A program made the position numbers and the translations under genes. A DNA stretch of 64,000 bases from the NCBI RefSeq assembly GCF_009914755.1, contig NC_060927.1, one strand, 5' to 3'. The notes beneath the pieces are model-generated. The model saw nothing but the letters and a program-made list of their open reading frames with translations. It did not search any database and had not been told where the DNA came from. Below, piece after piece: positions 46,065 through 60,040 of the stretch; the first letter of the stretch is position 1, and each line of letters begins with the position of its first letter. Source of the DNA: the human T2T-CHM13v2.0 reference genome, Homo sapiens.

Positions 46065-49000
46065 CTCAGTTTTATAAGGGAAGCAGAGCATAAAAGTTCA
46101 GAAAATTCGCAGACTGACAATGCGATAGAAAATTCCATTTTCTGAGGAAAAATTCAAACTGGTTGCAGAAATTTGCATAAGTAACAAGAAGCTGAATCTT
46201 AATCCCAAGGACAATTGGAAAATAGTCTCCAGGGTATATCAGGGGTCTTCATGGCAGCCCATCTCACCAGAGGCCCAGAGGCCTAGGATGAGAAAATGAT
46301 TTTGTGGGCCAGGCCCAGGGTCCCTGTGCTGTATGCAGTCTAGTGACTTGGTGCCCTGCATCCCAGCCACTCCAGCCATGGCAAAAAGGGGCCAAGGTAT
46401 AGCTTAGGCCATGGCTTCAGAGGGTGCAAGCCCCAAGCCTTGGTAGCTTCCACATGGTGTTGAGCCTAGGGGTGCACAGAAGTGAAGAATTTAGGTCTAG
46501 GAACCTCTGCCTAGATTTCAGAGGATGTATGGAAATGCATGGATGTCCAGGCAGAAGTTTGCTGCAGGGATGGGGCTCTCATGGAGAACCTCTGCTAGGG
46601 CAGTGTGGAAGGGAAATGTGGGATTGAAACCCCACACAGAGTCCCACACCTAGTGGAGCTGTGGGAAGAGGGCCACTATCCTCCAGACCCCAGAATGGTA
46701 GATCCATCAACAGCTTGCACCATGTGCCTGGAAAAGCTGCAGACACTCAACACTAGCCTGTGAAAGCATCTGGAAGGGAGGCTGTACCCTGCAAAGCCAC
46801 AGGGGTAGAGCTGCCCAAGACCATGGAAATCCACCTCTTGCATCAGCATGACCCAGATGTGACACATGGAGTCAAAAGAGATCATTTTGGAGCTTTAAGA
46901 TTTGACTGCCCCAATAGATTTTTGACTTTCATGGAGCCTGTAGCCCCTTTGTTTTGGCCAATGTCTCCAATTTGGAATGGCAGTATTTATCTAATGCTTG
47001 GACTCCCATTTTATCTAGGAAGTAACTAACTTGCTTTTAATTTTACAGGCTGATAGCCAGAAGGAACTTGCCTCATCTCAGATGAGACTTTGGACTGTGG
47101 ACTTTTGAGTTAATGCTGAAATTAGTTAAGACTTGAGAACTGTTGGGAATGCATGATTGGTTTTGAAATGTGAGGACGTGAGATTTGGGAAAGGGCCAGG
47201 GACTGAATGATATGGTTTGGCTGTGTCCCCACCAAAATCTCATCTTGAATTGTAATTTCCACAATTCCCAATGGGAGGGGCCTGGTAGGAGGTGATTGAA
47301 TTATGGGGGTGGGTCTTTCCTGCACTGTTCTTGTGATAGTGAGCGAGTCTCATGAGATCTGATGGTTTTAAAAGTGAGAGTTTCCCTGTACAAGTTCTGT
47401 CATTGCTTGCCACCATCCATGTAAGATATGACTTGCTTCTCCTTGCCTTTAACCTTCTGCCATGATTGTGAGGCCTCCCCAGCCACTTGGAACTGTAAGT
47501 CAATAAATCTCTTTTTCTTCCCAGTCTCAAGTATGTCTTTATCGGTAGTGTGAAAATGAACTAGTACAAAAGCCTTGGCTATTCTGGGTCTTTTGTGGTT
47601 CCATATAAATTTTAGGATTGTTTTCTCTATTTACGTGAAGAATGCCATTGGTCTTTTAAAGTGGATTGCAATGAAACTGTATATTGCTTTGAGTAGTATG
47701 GACATTTTGACAATGTTGATTCTTCCAGTCCATGAACGTGGATTTTTTTTTTCATTTCTTGCTGTCCTCTTCAATTTCTTGCATCCATGTTTTATACTTT
47801 TCATTATAGAGATCTTTTGCTTCTTTGGTTAAGTCAATTCCTAAGTATTTCATTTTATGTGTGGCTACTGTAAATGGGATTACTTTAAAAATTTTTTTTT
47901 CAGATTGTTTACTGTTGGCATGTAGAAATGCTAATAAGTTTTCTATGTCGATTTTATATCCTGCAACCTTACTGAATTTTTTAATCATTTCTAATAGTTT
48001 TATTGTAAGGTCTTTAGATATTCCCAAATATAAGATCATATCATCTGCAAACAAGGATAATTTGACTTCTTCCTTTCCAATTTGAATGCACTTTATATTT
48101 ATATATTTCTTTTTTATGAGTGCGCTAGGTAGGACCTCCAGTACTATGATGAATAACAGTGGTGAAAGTCAGCATCTTTGTCATGTTATAGATCTTAGAA
48201 GAAAGGCTCTCAGTTTTTCTCCATTCAGTATGATCCTAGCTGTGGGTCTGTTGTATATGGCCTTTATAAAATTTATTCCTTCTATATCCAGTTTTTTAGG
48301 GTTTTTATCATGAAGAGATGTTGAATTTTATCAAGTGCTTTGTTGGCATCAATTGAAATGATCATGTTTGTTGTCCATTCTGTTGATATGATGTATCACA
48401 TTGATTGATTTGCATATCTTTGCATCCCTGGAGTAAATCCCACTTGATCATGAGGAATAATCATTTTAATATATTGTTAAATTTGATTTGATGGTATTTT
48501 GTTGAAGATTTTTGCATAAATATTTATCAATGATATTGGCCTGTAGTTTTCTTTTTTTGATGTGCCTTTGTCTGGATTTGATATCAGGGTAATACTGGCC
48601 TGACAGAATGAATTTGAAAGTATTCCCTCCTCCTCTATTTTTCAAAGTAGTTTGAGTAGGATTGTTATTAGTTCTTTAAATATTTGGTAGAACTCAGCAA
48701 TAAAGCCATCGGGTCCCGAGCTTTTCTTTCCTGGGAGACTTTTTATTATGGCTTTAATGTTGTTACTTATTTTTGGTCTGTTCAGGTTTTGGATTTCTCC
48801 CTGGTTCAATCTTGGTAGGTTGTATGTACTTAGGAATTTGTCCAATTCTTCTAGATTTTCCAATTTATTGGCATATCATTGCTTATATTAGTTGCTAATG
48901 ATCCTTTGAATTTCTGTGGTATTTGTTGTAATATTTCATTTCTGATTTCTGCTTTTATTTATTTGGATCTTCTCTCTTTTTTCTTAGCTGGTCTGATTAA

Positions 49001-52000
49001 TGGTTTGCCAATTTTGTTTTCTTTTTCAAAAAAACGATCTTTTGTTTCATTGATTTTTTAATATTTTTTTAAATTTCAAATTTATTTATGCTCTGATATT
49101 TATTATTTCTTTTCTTCTACTAATTTTTCATTTGGGTTGCACTTGCTTTTCTAGTTCTTAAAGATGCATCATTAGATTATTTACTTGAAGTGTTTTCTCT
49201 TTTTTGATGTAGGCATTTATAGCTATAAGTGTCCCTTTTAGTACTGCTTTTGCTGTATCCCATAGGTTTTGATATATTGTATTTCCATTATCATTTGTTT
49301 CAAGAAAATTTTCAGTTTTCTTCTTAATTTCTTTATTGATCCACTGGTCATTCAGGAGAATATTGTTTAATTTCCATGTATTTGTATAGTTTACAAAGTT
49401 CCTCTTCTTTTTAATTTATAGTTCTATTCCATTGTGGTCAGAGAAGATGATTGATATTATTTCAGTTGTTTTGAATGTTTTGAGACTTGTTTTGTCACCC
49501 AGCATATGGTCTATCCTAGAGAATAATGCATATGCTGAGGAAAGAATGTGTATTCTGCAGCCACTGAATGAAATCTGTAAATATTTATTAGATCCATTTA
49601 GTCTATAGTGCAGACTTTTTTTGTTGATTTTTTATCTGGAAGACCTCTTCACTGCTGAAAGTGGAGTGTTCAATATTCCAGCTATTATTGCATCATATCT
49701 CTCTCTTTACCTCTGGTAATGTGTACTTTATATATCTGGGTGCTCCAGTGTTGGGTTCTTATATATTTAAAATTATTATATTATCTTGCTGAATTGACCC
49801 CTTTATCATTATATAGTTACCTCCTTTGTCTTTTCTTATAGATTTGGTTCTGAAATCTGCTTTTTCTGATATAAGTATGGCAGCTTCTGCTCTTTTTTGG
49901 TTTCCATTGGCATGAAATGTCTTTTTCCATATCTTTATTTTCAGCCTATATGTGTCTGCATAGGTTTAGTGTGTTCCTTTTAGGCAATAGATCAATGGGT
50001 CTTGTTTTTCCATCCATTCAGCCAGTCTATGTCTTTTGATTAAACAGTTTAGTCCATTTATATTTAATGTTATTAGTGATAAGTAAGGACATATTCCAGC
50101 CATTTTGTTATTTGTTTTTTGGTTGTTTTCTGGTCTTATCTTCCTTCTTTCTTTCCTTCCTATCTTCCTTTAGTGAAGGTGACTTTTCTCTGGTGATACG
50201 ATTTAGTTTCTTGCTTTTTATTTTTTGTGTCTCCATTGTATAATTTTTGGTTTGAGGTTATGATGAAGCTTGCAAATACTATCTTATAACCTATTATTTT
50301 ATGCTGATAACAACATTGTTTGCATAAACAAGCAAACAAACAAGCAAAAAGAAAATGAATAAAATGCTACACCTTAACTTTGTCTCCCAGCTTTTAAACT
50401 TTTTGTTGACTGACCTTTCTTAAGACTGAGAATGTCCTGAAAAGTTGATGTAGTTAAAATGTTTGATTGGTTTATCATTTAGTCTTTCTACTTAGGATAG
50501 GAGTAGTTTACGCACTGCAGTTACAATGTTATAATATTCTGTGTTTTTCTGTATGCTTATTATTACCAGTGAGTTTTGTACCTACAAGTGATTACTTATT
50601 GCTCATTAGTGTCCTTTTCTTTCTGACTGAAATACTCCCTTTAGCATTTCTTGTAGGACAGATCTGGTGTTGATGAAATCCCACAGCTTTTGTTTGTTTG
50701 GGAAAGTCTTCATTTCTCCTTCATGTTTCAAGTATATTTTCACTAGATTTACTATTCTAGGGTAAACTTGTTTTTCCCTCAGCACTTTAAATATTTCATG
50801 CCACTCTCTCCTGGCCTATAAGGTTCCCACTGAAAATTTTGCTTCCAGATGTATTGGAGCTCCATTGTATGTTATTTGTTTCTTTTCTCTTGCTGCTTTT
50901 GGGTTCCTTTCTTTATCTTTAATCTTTTGGAGTTTGATTGTTAAATACCTTGAGGTAGTCATCTTTGGGTTATATTTGCTTGGTGTTCTCTAAGCTTCCT
51001 GTACTTGGATGTTGGTATCTTGCCCTAGGTTTGGAAAATTCTCTGTTATTATCCCTTTGCATAAACTCTCTACCCCTATCTCTTTCTCTACTTTTTAAGG
51101 TCAATAACTCTTAGATTTGCCTTTTTGAGGCTATTTTCTAGATTCTGTAGAAGTGCTTCATCGTTTTTTATCCTTTTTTGTTGTCGTTGTCTCATCTGAC
51201 TGTGTATTTTCAAATAGCCTGTCTTCGAGCTCACTAATTCATTATTCTGCTTGATCTGTTCCACTATTAAAAGACCCTGATGCATTCTTCAATATGCCAA
51301 TAGTATTTTTGAGCTGCAGAATTTCTGCTCGATTCTTTTAAATTATTTCAATCTATTTGTTAAATTTATCTGATAGAATTCAGAATTTCTTCTCTGTATT
51401 ATCTTATATTTCTTTGAGTTTCCTCAACACAGTTATTTTCAGTTCTTTGCCTGAAAGGTCACACATCTCTGTTTTTGCAGGATTGGTCCTTTCTGCCTTA
51501 TTTAGTTCATTTGGTGAGGTAATGTTTTGCTAGATAGTGTTGATGCTAGGAGATGTTTTTCAGTGTCTGGTCATTTAAGAGTTAGGTATTTATTATAGTC
51601 TTTACAGTCTGGGCTTATTGGTGCCCATCCTTCTTGGGAACGCTTTCCAGATACTTGAAAGAACATGGGTGTTGTGATCCAAACTATGTATCCTTTAGGG
51701 GGCATCCCAAGCCCAGTAATATTGTGGTTCCTGAAGACTCAGACTCATAGAGGTCTTTCCTGATGGTCTTGAACAAGTTCTGGGAGAATTCTCTGGGTTA
51801 CCAGGGAGAGACTTGTTGTCTTCCTTTCCTTTCCCCAAACAAACAGAGTCTGTCACTCTGTTCTGAGCCATCTAACATGAAGAGTGGAGTGACACAAGAA
51901 TCCCAGTGGCCATCATCACTATGACTGTGCTGGGTCAGACGTAAAGTTAGCACAGCACTGGGTCTTGCCCAGGGCCTGCTCTAATCACATCTTGGCTACT

Positions 52001-53385
52001 ATTTTTATTCAAGTCCCTGGGGCTCCACCATCATCTGGTGGCAAAGCCAGCCTGGCCTGTGTCTTTCCCTTTAGGGTGGCAAGATCCCCTCATCCTTCCT
52101 ACTCTTCACTCTTCTTTCCAAAGTCAGAGAAGCCTTACTCTCTAGCTACCACCATCCCAGGCCACAAGTACTGCCAGACTACTACCAATGTTCCCTTAAG
52201 CCCCAGTGGCTCTTAAATCACCTTGTGGTTAATACTGCCTGGCCTGGGACTCATTCTTCACCACAGTGGGCTCCCCTCTGGCCCAGGGCAGGTCCAGAAA
52301 TGCTGTCCAAGAGTCAATTCCTGGAAACAGGAACCCCAAGAGCCCACTTGGTGCTCTACTTACCTGTGGCCATGCTAGTACTTTTAGCCAGCAAGCCTTA
52401 TAGGCTTACCCAAGGCCCTCGACATAGAACCTGGGTATCACTGCTGGTTATTCAGGGCCCAAGGGCTCTTCAGTTAGCATCTTCATAACGTTGTCAGGAC
52501 TGAGACTTTTCCTTCAGTGCAATGGGTTCCTTTCTGACCTAGGGTGTATGTAGAAATGTCCTCTGGGACCTATGGCCCGGAAAGGAAGCCTCATGACTCT
52601 GACCAGTGCCCTATTCTGCTATGACTTATCTGGTATCCAAAATGCAAGACGATATCCTCTTTACTCTTTTCTCTTCTCTCCTTAAGCAGAAAGGAGGAGT
52701 CTTTTTTGGAGTCAAGAGCTGTGCAGGCAGGAATTAGGGGAGGTGTGATGCCAGCACTCTCTTGGCTTCCCCAGCTGATGTCTCAGTATGTTTTGTGTCT
52801 CCCTGCAACCATCCCCTCCCACCCCAGTCCACTGTCTCTGGGAATATTTCAGTACTAGGACTTGCCTAAGTATTGCAGTACGTATGGCCTAGGCTGCCTT
52901 TCAAGGTTATTTAGAGACACAAAGCACTATAGCCCTCTGCGGTGAGGTTTGTGGGAACTCAGGGTCTGACCATTGGGATCAGGGATTCCCCTCTAGCTAG
53001 GGCTGGTTTAAATACTCCTTCTGCTGGCACGAGTCAGTTGAGTTTGGTCCAGTTTTTCTTTCTGCTCTAACAGGACAGCACTGGGTTCAATGCCTCACAG
53101 TTTCTGTGATATCCCTCCCCCAGTACCCAGAGAAGCTCTCCACATCACACTGCCACTGCTGGCATGTAGGGGAGTAGTGATGATTATTAGAGATTGTTTT
53201 TTATAAATCTCTTCAGTTTGTCTTTCAGCAATGTGGTTAAAACTAGATCCTATGACTGTTCACCTGATTTTTGGTTGTTATGAAGTTTTTTTTTTTCTAT
53301 TTTGCTGGTTGTTAAATTGGTGTTCTTGTGGAAGGAAAACTTGGTGGAGTCTTCTATTCTGCCATTTTGCTTTGCCTTGTTTTTT

Positions 53386-53500
53386 ATGTCATTTATTCTT
53401 ATGTGCAATCCAATGAGGTAACTGCTAGCCTCATTTTACAAATGGAGAAACTAAAGTCTAACAATGGGGCTAAATCTTTGGATTCTAATAGGCATTATCC
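53386..53500 (-). mobile_element. MIR, continuation of the MIR at about 40530-40606
   Basis: ctcattttacaaatggagaaactaaag; collinear with caagcacttaccatgtagcag...tgtgctgagtgctctacat on the other side of the L1MA. Confidence 0.75.
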
Positions 53501-53683
53501 TGATACCAATTAAGTTGTATTCTGTTAACAATACATTTATTTCCCTTAGTCTTGGAAGTGATTCTCCTTACATCTCTCTATATCAATGGCTCCTAGATAG
53601 AAGGCTCATAGTGTAGAAATTTAAATGACCTGTCATCAAAACCTGCCTGGATGCTTGTCTTCTTATTTTATTTTCTTCCGTAG

Positions 53684-53836
53684 CACTGCTGTGCAAACTT
53701 CAAGTGCGTACAAATCACCTAAGTATTTTGTTAAAATGCAGATTCTGATTCAACATATCTGGGGTGTGGCCTGAAATTCTGCATTTATGACCAGCCCTCA
53801 AGTGGTTGGTATGTGGCCAAACACTTCAAGTAGCAA
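53684..53836 (-). mobile_element. MER5A/B
   Basis: aatcacct...tgttaaaatgcagattctgattca...ggcctgaaattctgcattt. Confidence 0.8.
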
Positions 53837-53854
53837 AGATTAGGGCTTTGTTAT

Positions 53855-54509
53855 TGTCTTAATCTGTTCAGGCTGCTAAAACAAAATACCATAGACTGAG
53901 TAATTTATAATCAACTGAAACTTATTGCTGACAGTTCTGGAGGCTGAGAAGTCCAAGATCAAAGCACTATAAGATTCTGATGAGGCCCTGTTCCTTGTAA
54001 ATGGCACCTTCTAGCTGTGTCCTCACATAGTGGAAGGAGTGAACACGGCTCTTCAACCTCTTTTATTAGAGCATTTCTATGGTTTGAGTGTGTCTCCCAA
54101 AGTGCATTTGTTGAAAACTGAATCTAAGTTGTTGATTAGTTATTGCAGGAGTGGGTTCCTGATAAATGGATGAGTTAGGACTCTTTTCTCTCCCTGTCTC
54201 AAACTGTCTTGTCCTTTCACCTTCCATCATGGATGACACAGCAAGAAGGCCCTCACAAGATTCATTCAGCCCTCTTGACCTTGGACTTTACAGTCTCCAG
54301 AAATGTAGGAAATAAATTTATTTTCTTTCTAACTTACCCAGTTTGTGGTATTATGTTATAGGAACACAAAACAGACTAAGACAGGCACTAATCCCATTCA
54401 TAAGAGTAGAGCCCTCATGATCTAGTTGCCTCCCCAAAATCCCACCTCTTAATACCACCACATTTTAGATTATGTTTCAACTGAAGATACAAACATGCAG
54501 ATCCTAGTA
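53855..54509 (-). mobile_element. MLT1A-like LTR interrupted by an MST LTR
   Basis: tgtcttaatctgttcaggctgctaaaacaaaataccatagactg...; resumes ggcactaatcccattcataagag. Confidence 0.8.
54075..54383 (+). mobile_element. MSTC/D-like LTR, internally deleted, nested in MLT1A
   Basis: ctatggtttgagtgtgtctcccaaag...gacacagcaagaaggccctcac...gactaagaca; degenerate 5-bp TSD agcat/ggcac. Confidence 0.75.
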
Positions 54510-56464
54510 GCTTCACACTAGCAATGTTGAATTAATTCTGGGTGTCACTGAGGGCAGCCCCAGCTTAGGTTGTTGGGTGGGTCCCTAAGTGTTACATACA
54601 AACCTTGTTAAGACATGGGAATTCGGACTAAGAGGACAGCATTTTCTGGAGATATCTATTGGCAGATGAGGAAGGGGAAGATTTTACTCTCCTTGCTCTC
54701 CAGTAGCAGCTACAGGTTTGAATTACCGTGCTGCTACAAGCTTACTTTAGAATGTTTACATCAATACCTGGCTCCAGGGTTATTTTTGTTCTATTGGGCT
54801 GGTGATTAAGTGCTATTGTAAGATTAAGAGTTCACAGCTACATGGCTGGTATTGGTAAATAAAATATTTCTGATGATTATTTTTAGCTTTTCCTGAAGGC
54901 TAAATAGAGACCAGGTGCTTTATATTAATGTCAGTGACAGCACAATTCTGCACAGTGAATACATAGAGAGAAGCAAGAGCAACTTGCCTCATTTTATACA
55001 ACCGATGTGCTTTACAAAGTTATCTTTAACTTGAAATTGTGAATATAAGTATAATTTTTCCAATGACTTACACCATGATTTCAGATTAATCTTATATTAT
55101 TTTTATTGCTGTATAATAGGCAATGAGCCTTAGCTTATTTTTCTCTTTTTTTTGTATAAATAATTAACCTTGAAAAAAGTGTCACCTTGCTTGAGAGATA
55201 ATGTACCCAAGAAGGTCAGCAATACAGTATTGCACACATACAATCACACACAGCACACAAAATTCTAGGAGATGGTTTCTTTTTTATTTTTTTAAATTAA
55301 GATCTATAAACTGTTGCTTATCTTTAAATTACACTTAATAAATTCTTCCTAGAGATCAGATCTTGACAACAAACTTACAGTATAAAAGAATAACACGTAG
55401 TAAAAAAATAATTTTTCTCTTTTAGATATGTTTTAAGTTCTAGGATACAAGGGCAGAACATGCAGGTTTGTTTCATAGGTATATACATGCCATGGTGGTT
55501 TGCTGTACCCATCAACCTGTCATCTACGTTAGCTATTTCTCCTAATAATCTCCTTCCCCTAGCCCCCCAGCCCCTGATAGGCCCTGGTGTGTGATGTTCC
55601 CCTCCCTGTGTCCACGTATCTCATTGTTCAACTCCCATTTACGAGTGACAACGTGTGGTGTTTGGTTTTCTGTTCCTGTGTTATTTTGCTGAGAATGATG
55701 GTTTCTAGCTTCATCCATGTCCCTAGAAAGGACATGAACTCTTCCTTTTTTATGGCTGCATAGTATTCCATGGTGTATATGTGCCACATTTTCTTTATCC
55801 AGTCTATCATTGCTGGGCATTTAGGTTGCTTCCAACTCTTTGCTATTGTGAATAGTGCTGCAATAAACATATGTGTGCATGTGTCTTTATAGTATAATGA
55901 TTTATAATCCTTTGGGTATATACCCAGTAATGGGATTGCTGGGTCAAATGGCATTTTTGGTTCTAGATCCATGAGGAATCACCACACTGGTTTTCACAAT
56001 GGTTGAACTAATTTACACTCCCACCAAAAGTGTAAAAGCATCTCTATTTCTCCACATCTTCTCCAGCCTCTGTTGTTTCCTGACTTTTTAATGATCGCCA
56101 TTCTAACTGGCGTGACATGGTATCTCATTGTGGTTTTGATTTGCATTTCTCTAATGACCAGTGATGATAAGCTTTTTTTCATATGTTGGTTGGCCACATA
56201 AATGTCTTCTTTTGAGAATTGTCTGTTCATATCATTTGCCCACTTTTTGATGGGGCTGTTTTTTTCTTGTAAATTTGTTTAAGTTCTTTGTAGATTCTGG
56301 ATATTAGCCCTTTGTCAGATGGATAGCTTGCAAAAATTTTCTCCCATTCTGTAGGTTGCCTGTTCACTCTGATGACAGTTTCTTTTGCTGTGCAGAAGCT
56401 CTTTAGTTTAGTTCGATCCCATTTGTCAATTTTGGTTTTTGTTGCCATTGCTTTTGGTGTTTTA

Positions 56465-56674
<210 letters not shown>

Positions 56675-58726
56675 CTATTGCTTGTTTTCATCAGGTTTGT
56701 CAAAGATCAGATGGTTGTAGATGTGTGTTGTTATTTCTGAGGCCTCTGTTCTGTTCCATTGGCCTATATATCTGTTTTGGTACCAGTACCATGCTGTTTT
56801 GGTTACTGTAGCCTTGTAGTATACTTTGAAGTCGGGGAGCGTGATGCCTCCAGCTTTGATCTTTTTGCTTAGGATTGTCTTGGCTATACGGGCTCTTTTT
56901 TGGTTCCATATAAAATTTAGTGTAGTTGTTTTTTTAATTCTGTGAAGAAAGTCAGTGGTAGCTTGATTATAGCATTGAATCTATCAATTACTTTGGGCAG
57001 TATGGCCATTTTCACAATATTGATTCTTCCTACCCATGAGCATGAAATATTTTTCCATTTGTTTGTGTCCTCTCTCATTTCCTTGAGCAGTGGTTTGTAG
57101 TTCTCCTTGAAGAGGTCCTTCACATCCATTGTAATTTGTATTCCTGAGTATTTTATTCCCTTTGTAGCAATTGTGAGTGGGAGTTCACTCATGATTTGGC
57201 CCTCTGTTTGTCTATTATTGGCGTTTAGGAATGCTTGTGATTTTTGCACAGTGATTTTGCATCCTGAGACTTTGCTGAATTTGCTTATCAGCTTAAGGAG
57301 ATTTTGGGCTGAGACAATGGGGTTTTCTAAATATACAATCATGTCATGTGCAAACAGAGATAATTTGACTTCCTCACTTCCTATTTGAATACCCTTTATT
57401 TCTTTCTCTTGCCCGATTGCCCTGGCCAGAACATCCAATATTATGTTGAATAGGAGTGGTGAGAGATGGCATCCTTGTCTTGTGCTGGTATTCAAAGAAA
57501 ATGCTTCCAACTTTTGCCCATTCAGTCTGATATTGGCTGTGGGTTTGTCATTAATAGCTCTTATTATTTTGAGATACATTCCATCAATACTGAGTTTATT
57601 GAGAGTTGTTAGCATGAAGGGGTATTGAAGTGTATCAAGGACCTTTTCTGCATCTATTGAGATAATCATGTGGTTTTTGACATCGATTCTGTTATTATGA
57701 TGGCTTACGTTTATTGATTTGCATATGTTGAACCAGCCTTGCATCCCAGGCATGAAGCCAACTTGATCATGGTGGATAAGCTTTTTGATGTGCTGCTGGA
57801 TTCGGTTTGCAAATATTTTATTGAGGATTTTTGCATCGATGTTCATGAGGGATATTGTCCTGAAATTTTCTTTTTTTGTTGTGTCTTTGCCAGGTTTTGG
57901 TATCAGGATGATGCTAGCCTCATAAAATGAGTTAGGGAGGAGTCCTCCTCTTTCTATTGTTTGGAATACTTTCAGAAGGAATGGTACCAGCTCCTCTTTG
58001 TACCTCTGATAGAATTCAGCTGTGAATCCGTCTGGTCCAGGGCTTTTTTTGGTTGATAGTCTATTAATTACTATCTCAATTTCAGAACTTGTTATTGTTC
58101 TATTCAGGGATTTGACTTCTTCCTGGCTTAGTCTTGGGAGGCTGTATGTGTCCAGAAATTTATTCAGTTCTAGGTTTTCTAGTTTATTTGCATAGAGGTG
58201 TTTACCATCCATAGATGGTAGTTTGTATTTCTGTGGGATCAGTGATGATACCCCCTTTATCATTTTTTATTGTGTGTTTTGATTCTTCTCTCTTTTCTTC
58301 TTTATTAGTCTGGCTAGCGATCTATCTATTTTGTTAATCTTTTCAAAAAACCAGCTCCTTGATTCATTGATATTTTTGAAGGTTTTTTTGTGCCTCTATC
58401 TCCTTCATTTCTGCTCTAGTCTTAGTTATTTCTTGTCTTTTGCTAGCTTTTGAATTTGTTTGCTCTTGCTTCTCTAGTTCTTTTAATTGTGATGTTAGGA
58501 TGTCAATTTTTGATCTTTCCAGCTTTCTCCTGTGGGCATTTAGTGCTACAAATTTCCCTCTAAACACTGCTTTAGCTGTGTTCCAGAGATTCTGGTACAT
58601 TGTGTCTTTCTTCTCATTGGTTTCAAAGAACCTATTTATTTCTGCCTTAATTTCATTATTTATGCAGTAGTCATTCAGGGGCAGGTTGTTCAGTTTCCAT
58701 GTAGTTGTGTAGTTTTGAGTGAGTTT

Positions 58727-60040
<1,314 letters not shown>

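Noticed and set aside
56917-58263. 448-aa ORF as a functional reverse transcriptase gene
   Set aside because: Fragment of L1 ORF2 with catalytic FADD changed to FAHD, a frameshifted N-terminus and an upstream nested insertion
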